DNA of 64,000 nt, taken from Eledone cirrhosa. Lineage: Eukaryota. Position 1 is the stretch's first letter; each line of letters begins with the position of its first letter. Under the pieces are notes generated by a model. It was not told where the DNA came from. It searched no databases and saw only the letters and a list, made by a program, of their open reading frames with translations. Made by a program: the position numbers and the translations under genes. Shown one piece after another: positions 1-13,189 of this stretch. The stretch spans positions 310,001 through 374,000 of the forward strand of contig OZ024744.1 in assembly GCA_964016885.1 (NCBI GenBank), written 5' to 3'.

Positions 1-229
1 TCAAGCTATCTTTCTCTACCTTGTCTTCCCTCAAAACTTCGTTCTTCACCAAGCTATATTTCTCTACCTGTTTTTCCCCCAAAACTTCGTTTTTCACCAA
101 ACTATCTTTCTCTACCTTGTCTTCCCTCAAAACTTCGTTCTTCACCAAGCTATCTTTCTCTACCTTGTCTTCCCTCAAAACTCCGTTCTTCATCAAGCTA
201 ACTTTCTCTACCTTGTCTTCCCCCAAAAC

Positions 230-3200
230 TTCGTTCTTCACAAGCTATCCTTCTCTACCTTGTCTTCCCTCAAAACTTCGTTCTTGATCAAGCTATCTTT
301 CTCTACCTTGTCTTCCCTCAAAACTTCGTTCTTCATCAAGCTATCTTTCTCTACCTTGTCTTCCCTCAAAACTTCGTTCTTCACCAAGCTATCTTTCTCT
401 ACCTTGTCTTCCCTCAAAACTTCGTTCTTCACCAAGCTATCTTACTCTACCTTGTCTTCCCTCAAAACTTCGTTCTTCACCAAGCTAACTTTCTCTACCT
501 TGTTTTCCCTCAAAACTTCGTTCTTCATCAAGCTATCTTTCTCTACCTTGTCTTCCCTCAAAACTTCGTTCTTCACCAAGCTATCTTTCTCTACCTTGTC
601 TTCCCTCAAAACTTCGTTCTTCACCAAGCTATCTTTCTCTACCTTTTTACCCCCCAAAACTTCGTTCTTCACCAAACTATCTTTCTCTACCGTGTCTTCC
701 CTCAAAACTTCGTTCTTCACCAAGCTATCTTTCTCTACCTTGTCTTCCCTCAAAACTCCGTTCTTCATCAAGCTATCGTTCTCTACTTTGTCTTCCCTCA
801 AAACGTCGTTCTTCACCTAGCTATCCTTCTCTACCTTGTCTTCCCTCAAAACGTCGTTCGTTCTTCACCAAGCTATCTTTCTCTACCTTGTCTTCCCCCA
901 AAACTTCGTTCTTCACAAGCTATCCTTCTCTACCTTGTCTTCCCTCAAAACTTCGTTCTTGATCAAGCTATCTTTCTCTACCTTGTCTTCCCTCAAAACT
1001 TTGTTCTTCACCAAGCTATCTTTCTCTACCTTGTCTTCCCTCAAAACTTCGTTCTTCACCAAGCTATCTTTCTCTACCTTGTCTTCCCTCAAAACTTCGT
1101 TCTTCACCAAGCTATCTTTCTCTACCTTGTCTTCCCCCAAAACATCGTTCTTCACCAAGCTATCTTTCTTTACCTTGTCTCCCCTCAAAACTTCGTTATT
1201 CACCAAGCTATCTTTCTCTACCTTGTCTTCCCTCAAAACTTCGTTCTTCATCAAGCTATCGTTCTCTACTTTGTCTTCCCTCAAAACGTCGTTCTTCACC
1301 AAGCTATCTTTCTCTACCTTGTCTTCCCTCAACACTTCGTTCGTTCTTCACCAAGCTATCTTTCTCTACCTTGTCTTCCCCCAAAACTACGTTCTTCACA
1401 AGCTATCTTTCTCTACCTTGTCTTCCCTCAAAACTTCGTTCTTCACCAAGCTATCTTTCTCTACCTTGTCTTCCCTCAAAACTTCGTTCTTCACCAAGCT
1501 AACTTTCTCTACCTTGTCTTCCCTCAAAACTTCGTTCTTCATCAAGCTATCTTTCTCTACCTTGTCTTCCCTCAAAACTTCGTTCTTCACCAAGCTATCT
1601 TTCTCTACCTTGTCTTCCCTCAAAACTTCGTTCTTCACCAAGCTATCTTTCTCTACCTTGTCATCCCTCAAAACTTCGTTCTTCACCAAGCTAACTTTCT
1701 CTACCTTGTCTTCCCTCAAAACTTCGTTCTTCATCAAGCTATCTTTCTCTACCTTGTCTTCCCTCAAAACTTCGTTCTTCACCAAGCTATATTTCTCTAC
1801 CTTTTTTTCCCCCAAAACTTCGTTCTTCACCAAACTATCTTTCTCTACCTTGTCTTCCCTCAAAACTTCGTTCTTCACCAAGCTATCTTTCTCTACCTTG
1901 TCTTCCCTCAAAACTCCGTTCTTCATCAAGCTATCGTTCTCTACTTTGTCTTCCCTCAAAACGTCGTTCTTCACCTAGCTATCTTTCTCTACCTTGTCTT
2001 CCCTCAAAACGTCGTTCGTTCTTCACCAAGCTATCTTTCTTTACCTTGTCTTCCCCCAAAACTTCGTTCTTCACAAGCTATCCTTCTCTACCTTGTCTTC
2101 CCTCAAAACTTCGTTCTTGATCAAGCTATCTTTCTCTACCTTGTCTTCCCTCAAATCTTCGTTCTTCATCAAGCTATCTTTCTCTACCTTGTCTTCCCTC
2201 AAAACTTCGTTCTTCACCAAGCTATCTTTCTCTACCTTGTCTTCCCTCAAAACTTCGTTCTTCACCAAGCTATCTTTCTCTACCTTGTCATCCCTCAAAA
2301 CTTCGTTCTTCACCAAGCTAACTTTCTCTACCTTGTCTTCCCTCAAAACTTCGTTCTTCATCAAGCTATCTTTCTCTACCTTGTCTTCCCTCAAAACTTC
2401 GTTCTTCACCAAGCTATATTTCTCTACCTTTTTTTCCCCCAAAACTTCGTTCTTCACCAAACTATCTTTCTCTACCTTGTCTTCCCTCAAAACTTCGTTC
2501 TTCACCAAGCTATCTTTCTCTACCTTGTCTTCCCTCAAAACTCCGTTCTTCATCAAGCTATCGTTCTCTACTTTGTCTTCCCTCAAAACGTCGTTCTTCA
2601 CCTAGCTATCTTTCTCTACCTTGTCTTCCCTCAAAACGTCGTTCGTTCTTCACCAAGCTATCTTTCTTTACCTTGTCTTCCCCCAAAACTTCGTTCTTCA
2701 CAAGCTATCCTTCTCTACCTTGTCTTCCCTCAAAACTTCGTTCTTGATCAAGCTATCTTTCTCTACCTTGTCTTCCCTCAAAACTTCGTTCTTCATCAAG
2801 CTATCTTTCTCTACCTTGTCTTCCCTCAAAACTTCGTTCTTCACCAAGCTATCTTTCTCTACCTTGTCTTCCCTCAAAACTTCGTTCTTCACCAAGCTAT
2901 CTTACTCTACCTTGTCTTCCCTCAAAACTTCGTTCTTCACCAAGCTAACTTTCTCTACCTTGTCTTCCCTCAAAACTTCGTTCTTCATCAAGCTATCTTT
3001 CTCTACCTTGTCTTCCCTCAAAACTTCGTTCTTCACCAAGCTATCTTTCTCTACCTTGTCTTCCCTCAAAACTTCGTTCTTCACCAAGCTATCTTTCTCT
3101 ACCTTTTTTCCCCCCAAAACTTCGTTCTTCACCAAACTATCTTTCTCTACCTTGTCTTCCCTCAAAACTTCGTTCTTCACCAAGCTATCTTTCTCTACCT

Positions 3201-3700
3201 TGTCTTCCCTCAAAACTCCGTTCTTCATCAAGCTATCGTTCTCTACTGTGTCTTCCCTCAAAACGTCGTTCTTCACCTAGCTATCTTTCTCTACCTTGTC
3301 TTCCCTCAAAACGTCGTTCGTTCTTCACCAAGCTATCTTTCTCTACCTTGTCTTCCCCCAAAACTTCGTTCTTCACAAGCTATCCTTCTCTACCTTGTCT
3401 TCCCTCAAAACTTCGTTCTTGATCAAGCTATCTTTCTCTACCTTGTCTTCCCTCAAAACTTTGTTCTTCACCAAGCTATCTTTCTCTACCTTGTCTTCCC
3501 TCAAAACTTCGTTCTTCACCAAGCTATCTTTCTCTACCTTGTCTTCCCTCAAAACTTCGTTCTTCACCAAGCTATCTTTCTCTACCTTGTCTTCCCCCAA
3601 AACATCGTTCTTCACCAAGCTATCTTTCTTTACCTTGTCTTCCCTCAAAACTTCGTTATTCACCAAGCTATCTTTCTCTACCTTGTCTTCCCTCAAAACT
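230..3700. repeat. Block duplication, offset 2460 bp (about 230-1240 vs about 2690-3700)
   Basis: Rare variant CTTACTCTAC at 441 and 2901. ORFs 238..435/2698..2895 are identical, 442..816/2902..3276 nearly so, and 836/3296 start 2460 apart. Confidence 0.85.
1530..2790. repeat. Tandem higher-order repeat, 627 bp = 13 monomers, 2 copies
   Basis: Variants TCATCCCTC (1661, 2288), CACCTAG (about 1972, 2599) and TTTCTTTACC (2036, 2663) are each 627 apart. 627 = 11x48+52+47. Confidence 0.88.
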
Positions 3701-6700
3701 TCGTTCTTCACCAAGCTATCTTTCTCTACCTTGTCTTCCCTCAAAACTTCGTTCTTCACCAAGCTATCTTTCTCTACCTTGTCTTCCCCCAGAACATCGT
3801 CTTCACCAAGCTATCTTTCTCTACCTTGTCTTCCCTCAAAACATCGTTATTCACCAAGCTATCTTTCTCTACCTTGCCTTCCTGCAAAACTTCGTTCTTC
3901 ATCAAGCTATCTTTCTCTACTTTGTCTTCCCTCAAAACATCGTTCGTTCTTCATCAAGCTATCTTTCTCTACCTTGTCTTCCCTCAAGACTTCGTTCGTC
4001 ACCAAGCTATCTTTCTCTACATTGTCTTCCCCCAAAACTTCGTTCTTCATCAAGCTATATTTCTCTACCTTGTCTTCCCTCAAAACGTCGTTCTTCACCA
4101 AGCTATCTTTCTCTACCTTGTCTTCCCACAAAACTTCGTTCTTCATCAAGCTATCTTTCTCTACCTTGTATTCCCTCAAAACGTCGTTCTTCACCAAGCT
4201 ATCTTTCTCTACCTTGTCTTCCCACAAAACTTCGTGCTTCATCAAGCTATCTTTCTCTACCTTGTCTTCCCTCAAAACGTCGTTCTTCACCAAGCTATCT
4301 TTCTCTACCTTGTCTTCCCCCAAAACTTCGTTCTTCACCAAGCTATCTTTCTCTACCTTGTCTACCCCCAAAACTTCGTTCTTCACCAAGCTATCTTTCT
4401 CTACCTTGTCTTCCCACAAAACTTCGTTCTTCACCAAGCTATCTTTCTCTACCTTGTCTTCCCACAAAACGTCGTTCTTCACCAAGCTATCTTTCGCTAC
4501 CTTGTCTTCCCTCAAAACGTCGTTCTTCACCAAGCTATCTTTCTCTACCCATTCTTCTCTTAAAACTTCGTTCTTCACCAAGCTCTCTTTCTCTACCTTG
4601 TCTTCCCACAAAACTTCGTTCTTCACCAAGCTATCTTTCTCTACCCTGTCTTCCCCCAAAACTTCGTTCCTCACCAAGCTATCTTTCTCTACCTTGTCTT
4701 CCCTCAAAACTTCGTTCTTCACCAAGCTATCTTTCTCTACCTTGTCTTCCCTCAAAACGTCGTTCTTCACCAAGCTATCTTTCTCTACCTTGTCTTCCCT
4801 CAAAACTTCGTTCTTCACCAAGCTATCTTTCCCTACCTTTTTTTCCCCCAAAACTCCGTTCTTCACCAAACTATCTTTCTCTATCTTGTCTTCCCTCAAA
4901 ACTCCGTTCTTCATCAAGCTATCGTTCTCTACTTTGTCTTCCCTCGAAACGTCGTTCTTCACCAAGCTATCTTTCTCTACCTTGTCTTCCCTCAATACTT
5001 CGTTCGTTCTTCATCAAGCTATCTTTCTCTACCTTGTCTTCCCCCAAAACTTCGTTCTTCACAAGCTATCCTTCTCTACCTTGTCTTCCCTCAAAACTTC
5101 GTTCTTCACCAAGCTATCTTTCTCTACCTTGTCTTCCCTCAAAACTTCGTTCTTGATCAAGCTATCTTTCTATTCCTTGTCTTCCCTCAAAACTTCGTTC
5201 TTCACCAAGCTATCTTTCTCTACTTTGTCTTCCCTCAAAACATCGTTCGTTCTTCATCAAGCTATCTTTCTCTACCTTGTCTTCCCTCAAGACTTCGTTC
5301 GTCACCAAGCTATCTTTCTCTACATTGTCTTCCTCCAAAACTTCGTTCTTCATCAAGCTATCTTTCTCTACCTTGTCTTCCCTCAAAACGTCGTTCTTCA
5401 CCAAGCTATCTTTCTCTACCTTGTCTTCCCACAAAACGTCGTTCTTCACCAAGCTATCTTTCCCTACCTTGTCTTCCCTCAAAACGTCGTTCTTCACCAA
5501 GCTATCTTTCTCTACCCATTCTTCTCTCAAAACTTCGTTCTTCACCAAGCCCTCTTTCTCTACCTTGTCTTCCCTCAAAACTTCGTTCTTCACCAGGCTA
5601 TCTTTCTCAACCCTGTCTTCCCCCAAAACTTCGTTCCTCACCAAGCTATCTTTCTCTACCTTGTCTTCCCTCAAAACTTCGTTCTTCACCAAGCTATCTT
5701 TCTCTACCTTTTTCCCCCCAAAACTCCGTTCTTCACCAAACTATCTTTCTCTACCTTGTCTTCCCTCAAAACTTCGTTCTTCACCATGCTATCTTTCTCT
5801 ATCTTGTCTTCCCTCAAAACTCCGTTCTTCATCAAGCTATCGTTCTCTACCTTGTCTTCCCTCAAAACTTCGTTCTTCATCAAGCTATCTTTCTCTACCT
5901 TGTCTTCCCTCAAAACTTCGTTCTTCACCAAGCTATCTTTCTCTACCTTGTCTTCCCTCAAAACTTCGTTCTTCACCAAGCTATCTTTCTCTACCTTGTC
6001 TTCCCTCAAAACTTCGTTCTTCACCAAGCTAACCTTCTCTACCTTGTCTTCCCTCAAAACTTCGTTCTTCATCAAGCTATCTTTCTCTACCTTGTCTTCC
6101 CTCAAAACTTCGTTCTTCACCAAGCTATATTTCTCTACCTTTTATTCCCCCAAAACTTCGTTCTTCACCAAACTATCTTTCTCTACCTTGTCTTCCCTCA
6201 AAACTTCGTTCTTCACCAAGCTATCTTTCTCTACCTTGTCTTCCCTCAAAACTTCGTTCTTCACCAAGCTATCTTTCTCTACCTTGTCTTCCCTCAAAAC
6301 TTCGTTCTTCACCAAGCTATCTTTCTCTACCTTGTCTTCCCCCAAAACATCGTTCTTCACCAAGCTATCTTTCTTTACCTTGTCTTCCCTCAAAACTTCG
6401 TTATTCACCAAGCTATCTTTCTCTACCTTGTCTTCCCTCAAAACTTCGTTCTTCACCAAGCTATCTTTCTCTACCTTGTCTTCCCTCAAAACTTCGTTCG
6501 TCACCAAGCTATCTTTCTCTACATTGTCTTCCCCCAAAACTTCGTTCTTCATCAAGCTATCTTTCTCTACCTTGTCTTCCCTCAAAACGTCGTTCTTCAC
6601 CAAGCTATCTTTCTCTACCTTGTCTTCCCACAAAACTTCGTTCTTCATCAAGCTATCTTTCTCTACCTTGTCTTCCCTCAAAACGTCATTCTTCACCAAG

Positions 6701-7549
6701 CTATCTTTCTCTACCTTGTCTTCCCCCAAAACTTCGTTCTTCACCAAGCTATCTTTCTCTACCTTGTCTACGCCCAAAACTTCGTTCTTCACCAAGCTAT
6801 CTTTCTCTACCTTGTCTTCCCACAAAACTTCGTTCTTCACCAAGCTATCTCTCTCTACCTTGTCTTCCCACAAAACGTCGTTCTTCACCAAGCTATCTTT
6901 CGCTACCTTGTCTTCCCTCAAAACGTCGTTCTTCACGAAGCTATCTTTCTCTACCCATTCTTCTCTTAAAACTTCGTTCTTCACCAAGCTCTCTTTCTCT
7001 ACCTTGTCTTCCCTCAAAACTTCGTTCTTCACCAAGCTATCTTTCTCTACCCTGTCTTCCCCCAAAACTTCGTTCCTCACCAAGCTATCTTTCTCTACCT
7101 TGTCTTCCCTCAAAACTTCGTTCTTCACCAAGCTATCTTTCTCTACCTTGTCTTCCCTCAAAACTTCGTTCTTCACCAAGCTATCTTTCTCTACCTTGTC
7201 TTCCCTCAAAACTTCGTTCTTCACCAAGCTATCTTTCCCTACCTTTTTTTCCCCCAAAACTCCGTTCTTCACCAAACTATCTTTCTCTACCTTGTCTTTC
7301 CTCAAAACTTCGTTCTTCACCAAGCTATCTTTCTCTATCTTATCTTCCCTCAAAACTCCGTTCTTCATCAAGCTATCGTTCTCTACTTTGTCTTCCCTCG
7401 AAACGTCGTTCTTCACCAAGCTATCTTTCTCTACCTTGTCTTCCCTCAAAACTTCGTTCGTTCTTCACCAAGCTATCTTTCTCTACCTTGTCTTCCCCCA
7501 AAACTTCGTTCTTCACAAGCTATCCTTCTCTACATTGTCTTCCCTCAAA

Positions 7550-10500
7550 ACTTCGTTCTTCACCAAGCTATCTTTCTCTACCTTGTCTTCCCTCAAAACT
7601 TCGTTCTTGATCAAGCTATCTTTCTATTCCTTGTCTTCCCTCAAAACTTCGTTCTTCACCAAGCTATCTTTCTCTACTTTGTCTTCCCTCAAAACATCGT
7701 TCGTTCTTCATCAAGCTATCTTTCTCTACCTTGTCTTCCCTCAAGACTTCGTTCGTCACCAAGCTATCTTTCTCTACATTGTCTACCCCCAAAACTTCGT
7801 TCTTCATCAAGCTATCTTTCTCTACCTTGTCTTCCCTCAAAACGTCGTTCTTCACCAAGCTATCTTTCTCTACCTTGTCTTCCCACAAAACTTCGTTCTT
7901 CATCAAGCTATCTTTCTCTACCTTGTCTTCCCTCAAAACGTCGTTCTTCACCAAGCTATCTTTCTCTACCTTGCCTTTCCCCAAAACTTCGTTCTTCACC
8001 AAGCTATCTTTCTCTACCTTGTCTACCCCCAAAACTTCGTTCTTCACCAAGCTATCTTTCTCTACCTTGTCTTCCCACAAAACTTCGTTCTTCACCAAGC
8101 TATCTCTCTCTACCTTGTTTTCCCACAAAACGTCGTTCTTCTCCAAGCTATCTTTCGCTACCTTGTCTTCCCTCAAAACGTCGTTCTTCACCAAGCTATC
8201 TTTCTCTACCCATTCTTCTCTTAAAACTTCGTTCTTCACCAAGCTCTCTTTCTCTACCTTGTCTTCCCACAAAACTTCGTTCTTCACCAAGCTATCTTTC
8301 TCTACCCTGTCTTCCCCCAAAACTTCGTTCCTCACCAAGCTATCTTTCTCTACCTTGTCTTCCCTCAAAACTTCGTTCTTCACCAAGCTATCTTTCTCTA
8401 CCTTGTCTTCCCTCAACACTTCGTTCTTCACCAAGCTATCTTTCTCTACCTTGTCTTCCCTCAAAACTTCGTTCTTCACCAAGCTATCTTTCCCTACCTT
8501 TTTTCCCCCCAAAACTCCGTTCTTCACCAAACTATCTTTCTCTACCTTGTCTTTCCTCAAAACTTCGTTCTTCACCAAGCTATCTTTCTCTATCTTGTCT
8601 TCCCTCAAAACTCCGTTCTTCATCAAGCTATCGTTCTCTACTTTGTCTTCCCTCGAAACGTCGTTCTTCACCAAGCTATCTTTCTCTACCTTGTCTTCCC
8701 TCAAAACTTCGTTCGTTCTTCACCAAGCTATCTTTCTCTACCTTGTCTTCCCCCAAAACTTCGTTCTTCACAAGCTATCCTTCTCTACCTTGTCTTCCCT
8801 CAAAACTTCGTTCTTCACCAAGCTATCTTTCTCTACCTTGTCTTCCCTCAAAACTTCGTTCTTGATCAAGCTATCTTTCTATTCCTTGTCTTCCCTCAAA
8901 ACTTCGTTCTTCACCAAGCTATCTTTCTCTACTTTGTCTTCCCTCAAAACATCTTTCGTTCTTCATCAAGCTATCTTTCTCTACCTTGTCTTCCCTCAAG
9001 ACTTCGTTCGTCACCAAGCTATCTTTCTCTACATTGTCTTCCCCCAAAACTTCGTTCTTCATCAAGCTATCTTTCTCTACCTTGTCTTCCCTCAAAACGT
9101 CGTTCTTCACCAAGCTATCTTTCTCTACCTTGTCTTCCCACAAAACGTCGTTCTTCACCAAGCTATCTTTCCCTACCTTGTCTTCCCTCAAAACGTCGTT
9201 CTTCACCAAGCTATCTTTCTCTCACCCATTCTTCTCTCAAAACTTCGTTCTTCACCAAGCTCTCTTTCTCTACCTTGTCTTCCCTCAAAACTTCGTTCTT
9301 CACCAGGCTATCTTTCTCAACCCTGTCTTCCCCCAAAACTTCGTTCCTCACCAAGCTATCTTTCTCTACCTTGTCTTCCCTCAAAACTTCGTTCTTCACC
9401 AAGCTATCTTTCTCTACCTTTTTTTGCCCCAAAACACCGTTCTTCACCAAACTATCTTTCTCTACCTTGTCTTCCCTCAAAACTTCGTTCTTCACCAAGC
9501 TATCTTTCTCTATCTTGTCTTCCCTCAAAACTCCGTTCTTCATCAAGCTATCGTTCTCTACTTTGTCTTCCCTCGAAACGTCGTTCGTCACCAAGCTATC
9601 TTTCTCTACCTTGTCTTCCCTCAAAACTTCGTTCTTCACCAAGCTATCTTTCTCTATCTTGTCTTCCCTCAAAACTCCGTTCTTCATCAAGCTATCTTTC
9701 TCTACCTTGTCTTCCCCCAAAACTTCGTTCTTCACAAGCTATCCTTCTCTACCTTGTCTTCCCTCAAAACTTCGTTCTTCACTAAGCTATCTTTCTCTAC
9801 CTTGTCTTCCCTCAAAACTTCGTTCTTGATCAAGCTATCTTTCTATACCTTGTCTTCCATCAAAACTTCGTTCTTCACCAAGCTATCTTTCTCTACCTTG
9901 TCTTCCCTCAAAACTTCGTTCTTCACCAAGCTATCTTTCTCTATCTTGTCTTCCCTCAAAACTCCGTTCTTCATCAAGCTATCGTTCTCTACTTTGTCTT
10001 CCCTCAAAACGTCGTTCTTCACCAAGCTATCTTTCTCTACCTTGTCTCCCCTCAAAACTTCGTTCGTTCTTCACCAAGCTATCTTTCTCTACCTTGTCTT
10101 CCCCCAAAACTTCGTTCTTCTCAAGCTATCCTTCTCTACTTTGTCTTCCCTCAAAACCTCGTTCTTCACCAAGCTATCTTTCTCTACCTTGTCTTCCCTC
10201 AACACTTCGTTCGTTCTTCACCAAGCTATCTTTCTCTACCTTGTCTTCCCCCAAAACTACGTTCTTCACAAGCTATCTTTCTCTACCTTGTCTTCCCTCA
10301 AAACTTCGTTCTTCACCAAGCTATCTTTCTCTACCTTGTCTTCCCTCAAAACTTCGTTCTTCACCAAGCTATCTTTCTCTACCTTGTCTTCCCTCAAAAC
10401 TTCGTTCTTCACCAAGCTAACTTTCTCTACCTTGTCTTCCCTCAAAACTTCGTTCTTCATCAAGCTATCTTTCTCTACCTTGTCTTCCCTCAAAACTTCG

Positions 10501-12390
10501 TTCTTCACCAAGCTATCTTTCTCTACCTTGTCTTCCCTCAAAACTTCGTTCTTCACCAAGCTATCTTTCTCTACCTTGTCTTCCCTCAAAACTTCGTTCT
10601 TCACCAAGCTAACTTTCTCTACCTTGTCTTCCCTCAAAACTTCGTTCTTCATCAAGCTATCTTTCTCTACCTTGTCTTCCCTCAAAACTCCGTTCTTCAC
10701 CAAGCTATCTTTCTCTACCTTGTCTTCCCTCAAAACTTCGTTCTTCACCAAGCTATCTTTCTCTACCTTGTCTTCCCTCAAAACTTCGTTCTTGATCAAG
10801 CTATCTTTCTATTCCTTGTCTTCCCTCAAAACTTCGTTCTTCACCAAGCTATCTTTCTCTACTTTGTCTTCCCTCAAAACATCGTTCGTTCTTCATCAAG
10901 CTATCTTTCTCTACCTTGTCTTCCCTCAAGACTTCGTTCGTCACCAAGCTATCTTTCTCTACATTGTCTACCCCCAAAACTTCGTTCTTCATCAAGCTAT
11001 CTTTCTCTACCTTGTCTTCCCTCAAAACGTCGTTCTTCACCAAGCTATCTTTCTCTACCTTGTCTTCCCACAAAACTTCGTTCTTCATCAAGCTATCTTT
11101 CTCTACCTTGTCTTCCCTCAAAACGTCGTTCTTCACCAAGCTATCTTTCTCTACCTTGCCTTTCCCCAAAACTTCGTTCTTCACCAAGCTATCTTTCTCT
11201 ACCTTGTCTACCCCCAAAACTTCGTTCTTCACCAAGCTATCTTTCTCTACCTTGTCTTCCCACAAAACTTCGTTCTTCACCAAGCTATCTCTCTCTACCT
11301 TGTTTTCCCACAAAACGTCGTTCTTCACCAAGCTATCTTTCGCTACCTTGTCTTCCCTCAAAACGTCGTTCTTCACCAAGCTATCTTTCTCTACCCATTC
11401 TTCTCTTAAAACTTCATTCTTCACCAAGCTCTCTTTCTCTACCTTGTCTTCCCACAAAACTTCGTTCTTCACCAAGCTATCTTTCTCTACCCTGTCTTCC
11501 CCCAAAACTTCGTTCCTCACCAAGCTATCTTTCTCTACCTTGTCTTCCATCAAAACTTCGTTCTTCACCAAGCTATCTTTCTCTACCTTGTCTTCCCTCA
11601 ACACTTCGTTCTTCACCAAGCTATCTTTCTCTACCTTGTCTTCCCTCAAAACTTCGTTCTTCACCAAGCTATCTTTCCCTACCTTTTTTCCCCCCAAAAC
11701 TCCGTTCTTCACCAAACTATCTTTCTCTACCTTGTCTTTCCTCAAAACTTCGTTCTTCACCAAGCTATCTTTCTCTATCTTGTCTTCCCTCAAAACTCCG
11801 TTCTTCATCAAGCTATCGTTCTCTACTTTGTCTTCCCTCGAAACGTCGTTCTTCACCAAGCTATCTTTCTCTACCTTGTCTTCCATCAAAACTTCGTTCG
11901 TTCTTCACCAAGCTATCTTTCTCTACCTTGTCTTCCCCCAAAACTTCGTTCTTCACAAGCTATCCTTCTCTACCTTGTCTTCCCTCAAAACTTCGTTCTT
12001 CACCAAGCTATCTTTCTCTACCTTGTCTTCCCTCAAAACTTCGTTCTTGATCAAGCTATCTTTCTATTCCTTGTCTCGCCTCAAAACTTCGTTCCTCACC
12101 AAGCTATCTTTCTCTACTTTGTCTTCCCTCAAAACATCGTTCGTTCTTCATCAAGCTATCTTTCTCTACCTTGTCTTCCCTCAAGACTTCGTTCGTCACC
12201 AAGCTATCTTTCTCTACATTGTCTTCCCCCAAAACTTCGTTCTTCATCAAGCTATCTTTCTCTACCTTGTCTTCCCTCAAAACGTCGTTCTTCACCAAGC
12301 TATCTTTCTCTACCTTGTCTTCCCACAAAACGTCGTTCTTCACCAAGCTATCTTTCCCTACCTTGTCTTCCCTCAAAACGTCGTTCTTCA
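7550..12390. repeat. Block duplication, offset 3185 bp (about 7550-9200 vs about 10735-12390)
   Basis: Private variants TTGCCTTTCC (7971/11156) and TTGTTTTCCCAC (about 8115/11300). ORFs 7664..8704 and 10849..11889 are nearly identical. Confidence 0.85.
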
Positions 12391-13189
12391 CCAAGCTATC
12401 TTTCTCTACCTTGTCTTCCCTCAAAACTTCGTTCGTTCTTCACCAAGCTATCTTTCTCTACCTTGTCTTCCCCCAAAACTTCGTTCTTCTCAAGCTATCC
12501 TTCTCTACTTTGTCTTCCCTCAAAACCTCGTTCTTCACCAAGCTATCTTTCTCTACCTTGTCTTCCCTCAACACTTCGTTCGTTCTTCACCAAGCTATCT
12601 TTTTCTACCTTGTCTTCCCCCAAAACTACGTTCTTCACAAGCTATCTTTCTCTACCTTGTCTTCCCTCAAAACTTCGTTCTTCACCAAGCTATCTTTCTC
12701 TACCTTGTCTTCCCTCAAAACTTCGTTCTTCACCAAGCTATCTTTCTCTACCTTGTCTTCCCTCAAAACTTCGTTCTTCACCAAGCTAACTTTCTCTACC
12801 TTGTCTTCCCTCAAAACTTCGTTCTTCATCAAGCTATCTTTCTCTACCTTGTCTTCCCTCAAAACTTCGTTCTTCACAAAGCTATCTTTCTCTACCTTGT
12901 CTTCCCTCAAAACTTCGTTCTTCACCAAGCTATCTTTCTCTACCTTGTCTTCCCTCAAAACTTCGTTCTTCACCAAGCTAATTTTCTCTACCTTGTCTTC
13001 CCTCAAAACTTCGTTCTTCATCAAGCTATCTTTCTCTACCTTGTCTTCCCTCAAAACTTCGTTCTTCACCAAGCTATCTTTCTCTACCTTGTCTTCCCTC
13101 AAAACTTCGTTCTTCACCAAGCTATCTTTCTCTACCTTTTTTCCCCCCAAAACTTCGTTCTTCACCAAACTATCTTTCTCTACCTTGTC

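Noticed and set aside
420-436. CENP-B box-like motif (CTTCGTT matches the 5' end of CTTCGTTGGAAACGGGA)
   Set aside because: Only the TTCG part matches. The central A and the CGGG element are missing (about 5 of 9 core bases), which is compatible with chance.
5701-5725. Length variants in the T-run/C-run monomer (47-mers at about 5708 and 18295) as biological signals
   Set aside because: Homopolymer indels may be slippage or sequencing error. Only the pair at about 58685/61100 is shared between duplicated copies.
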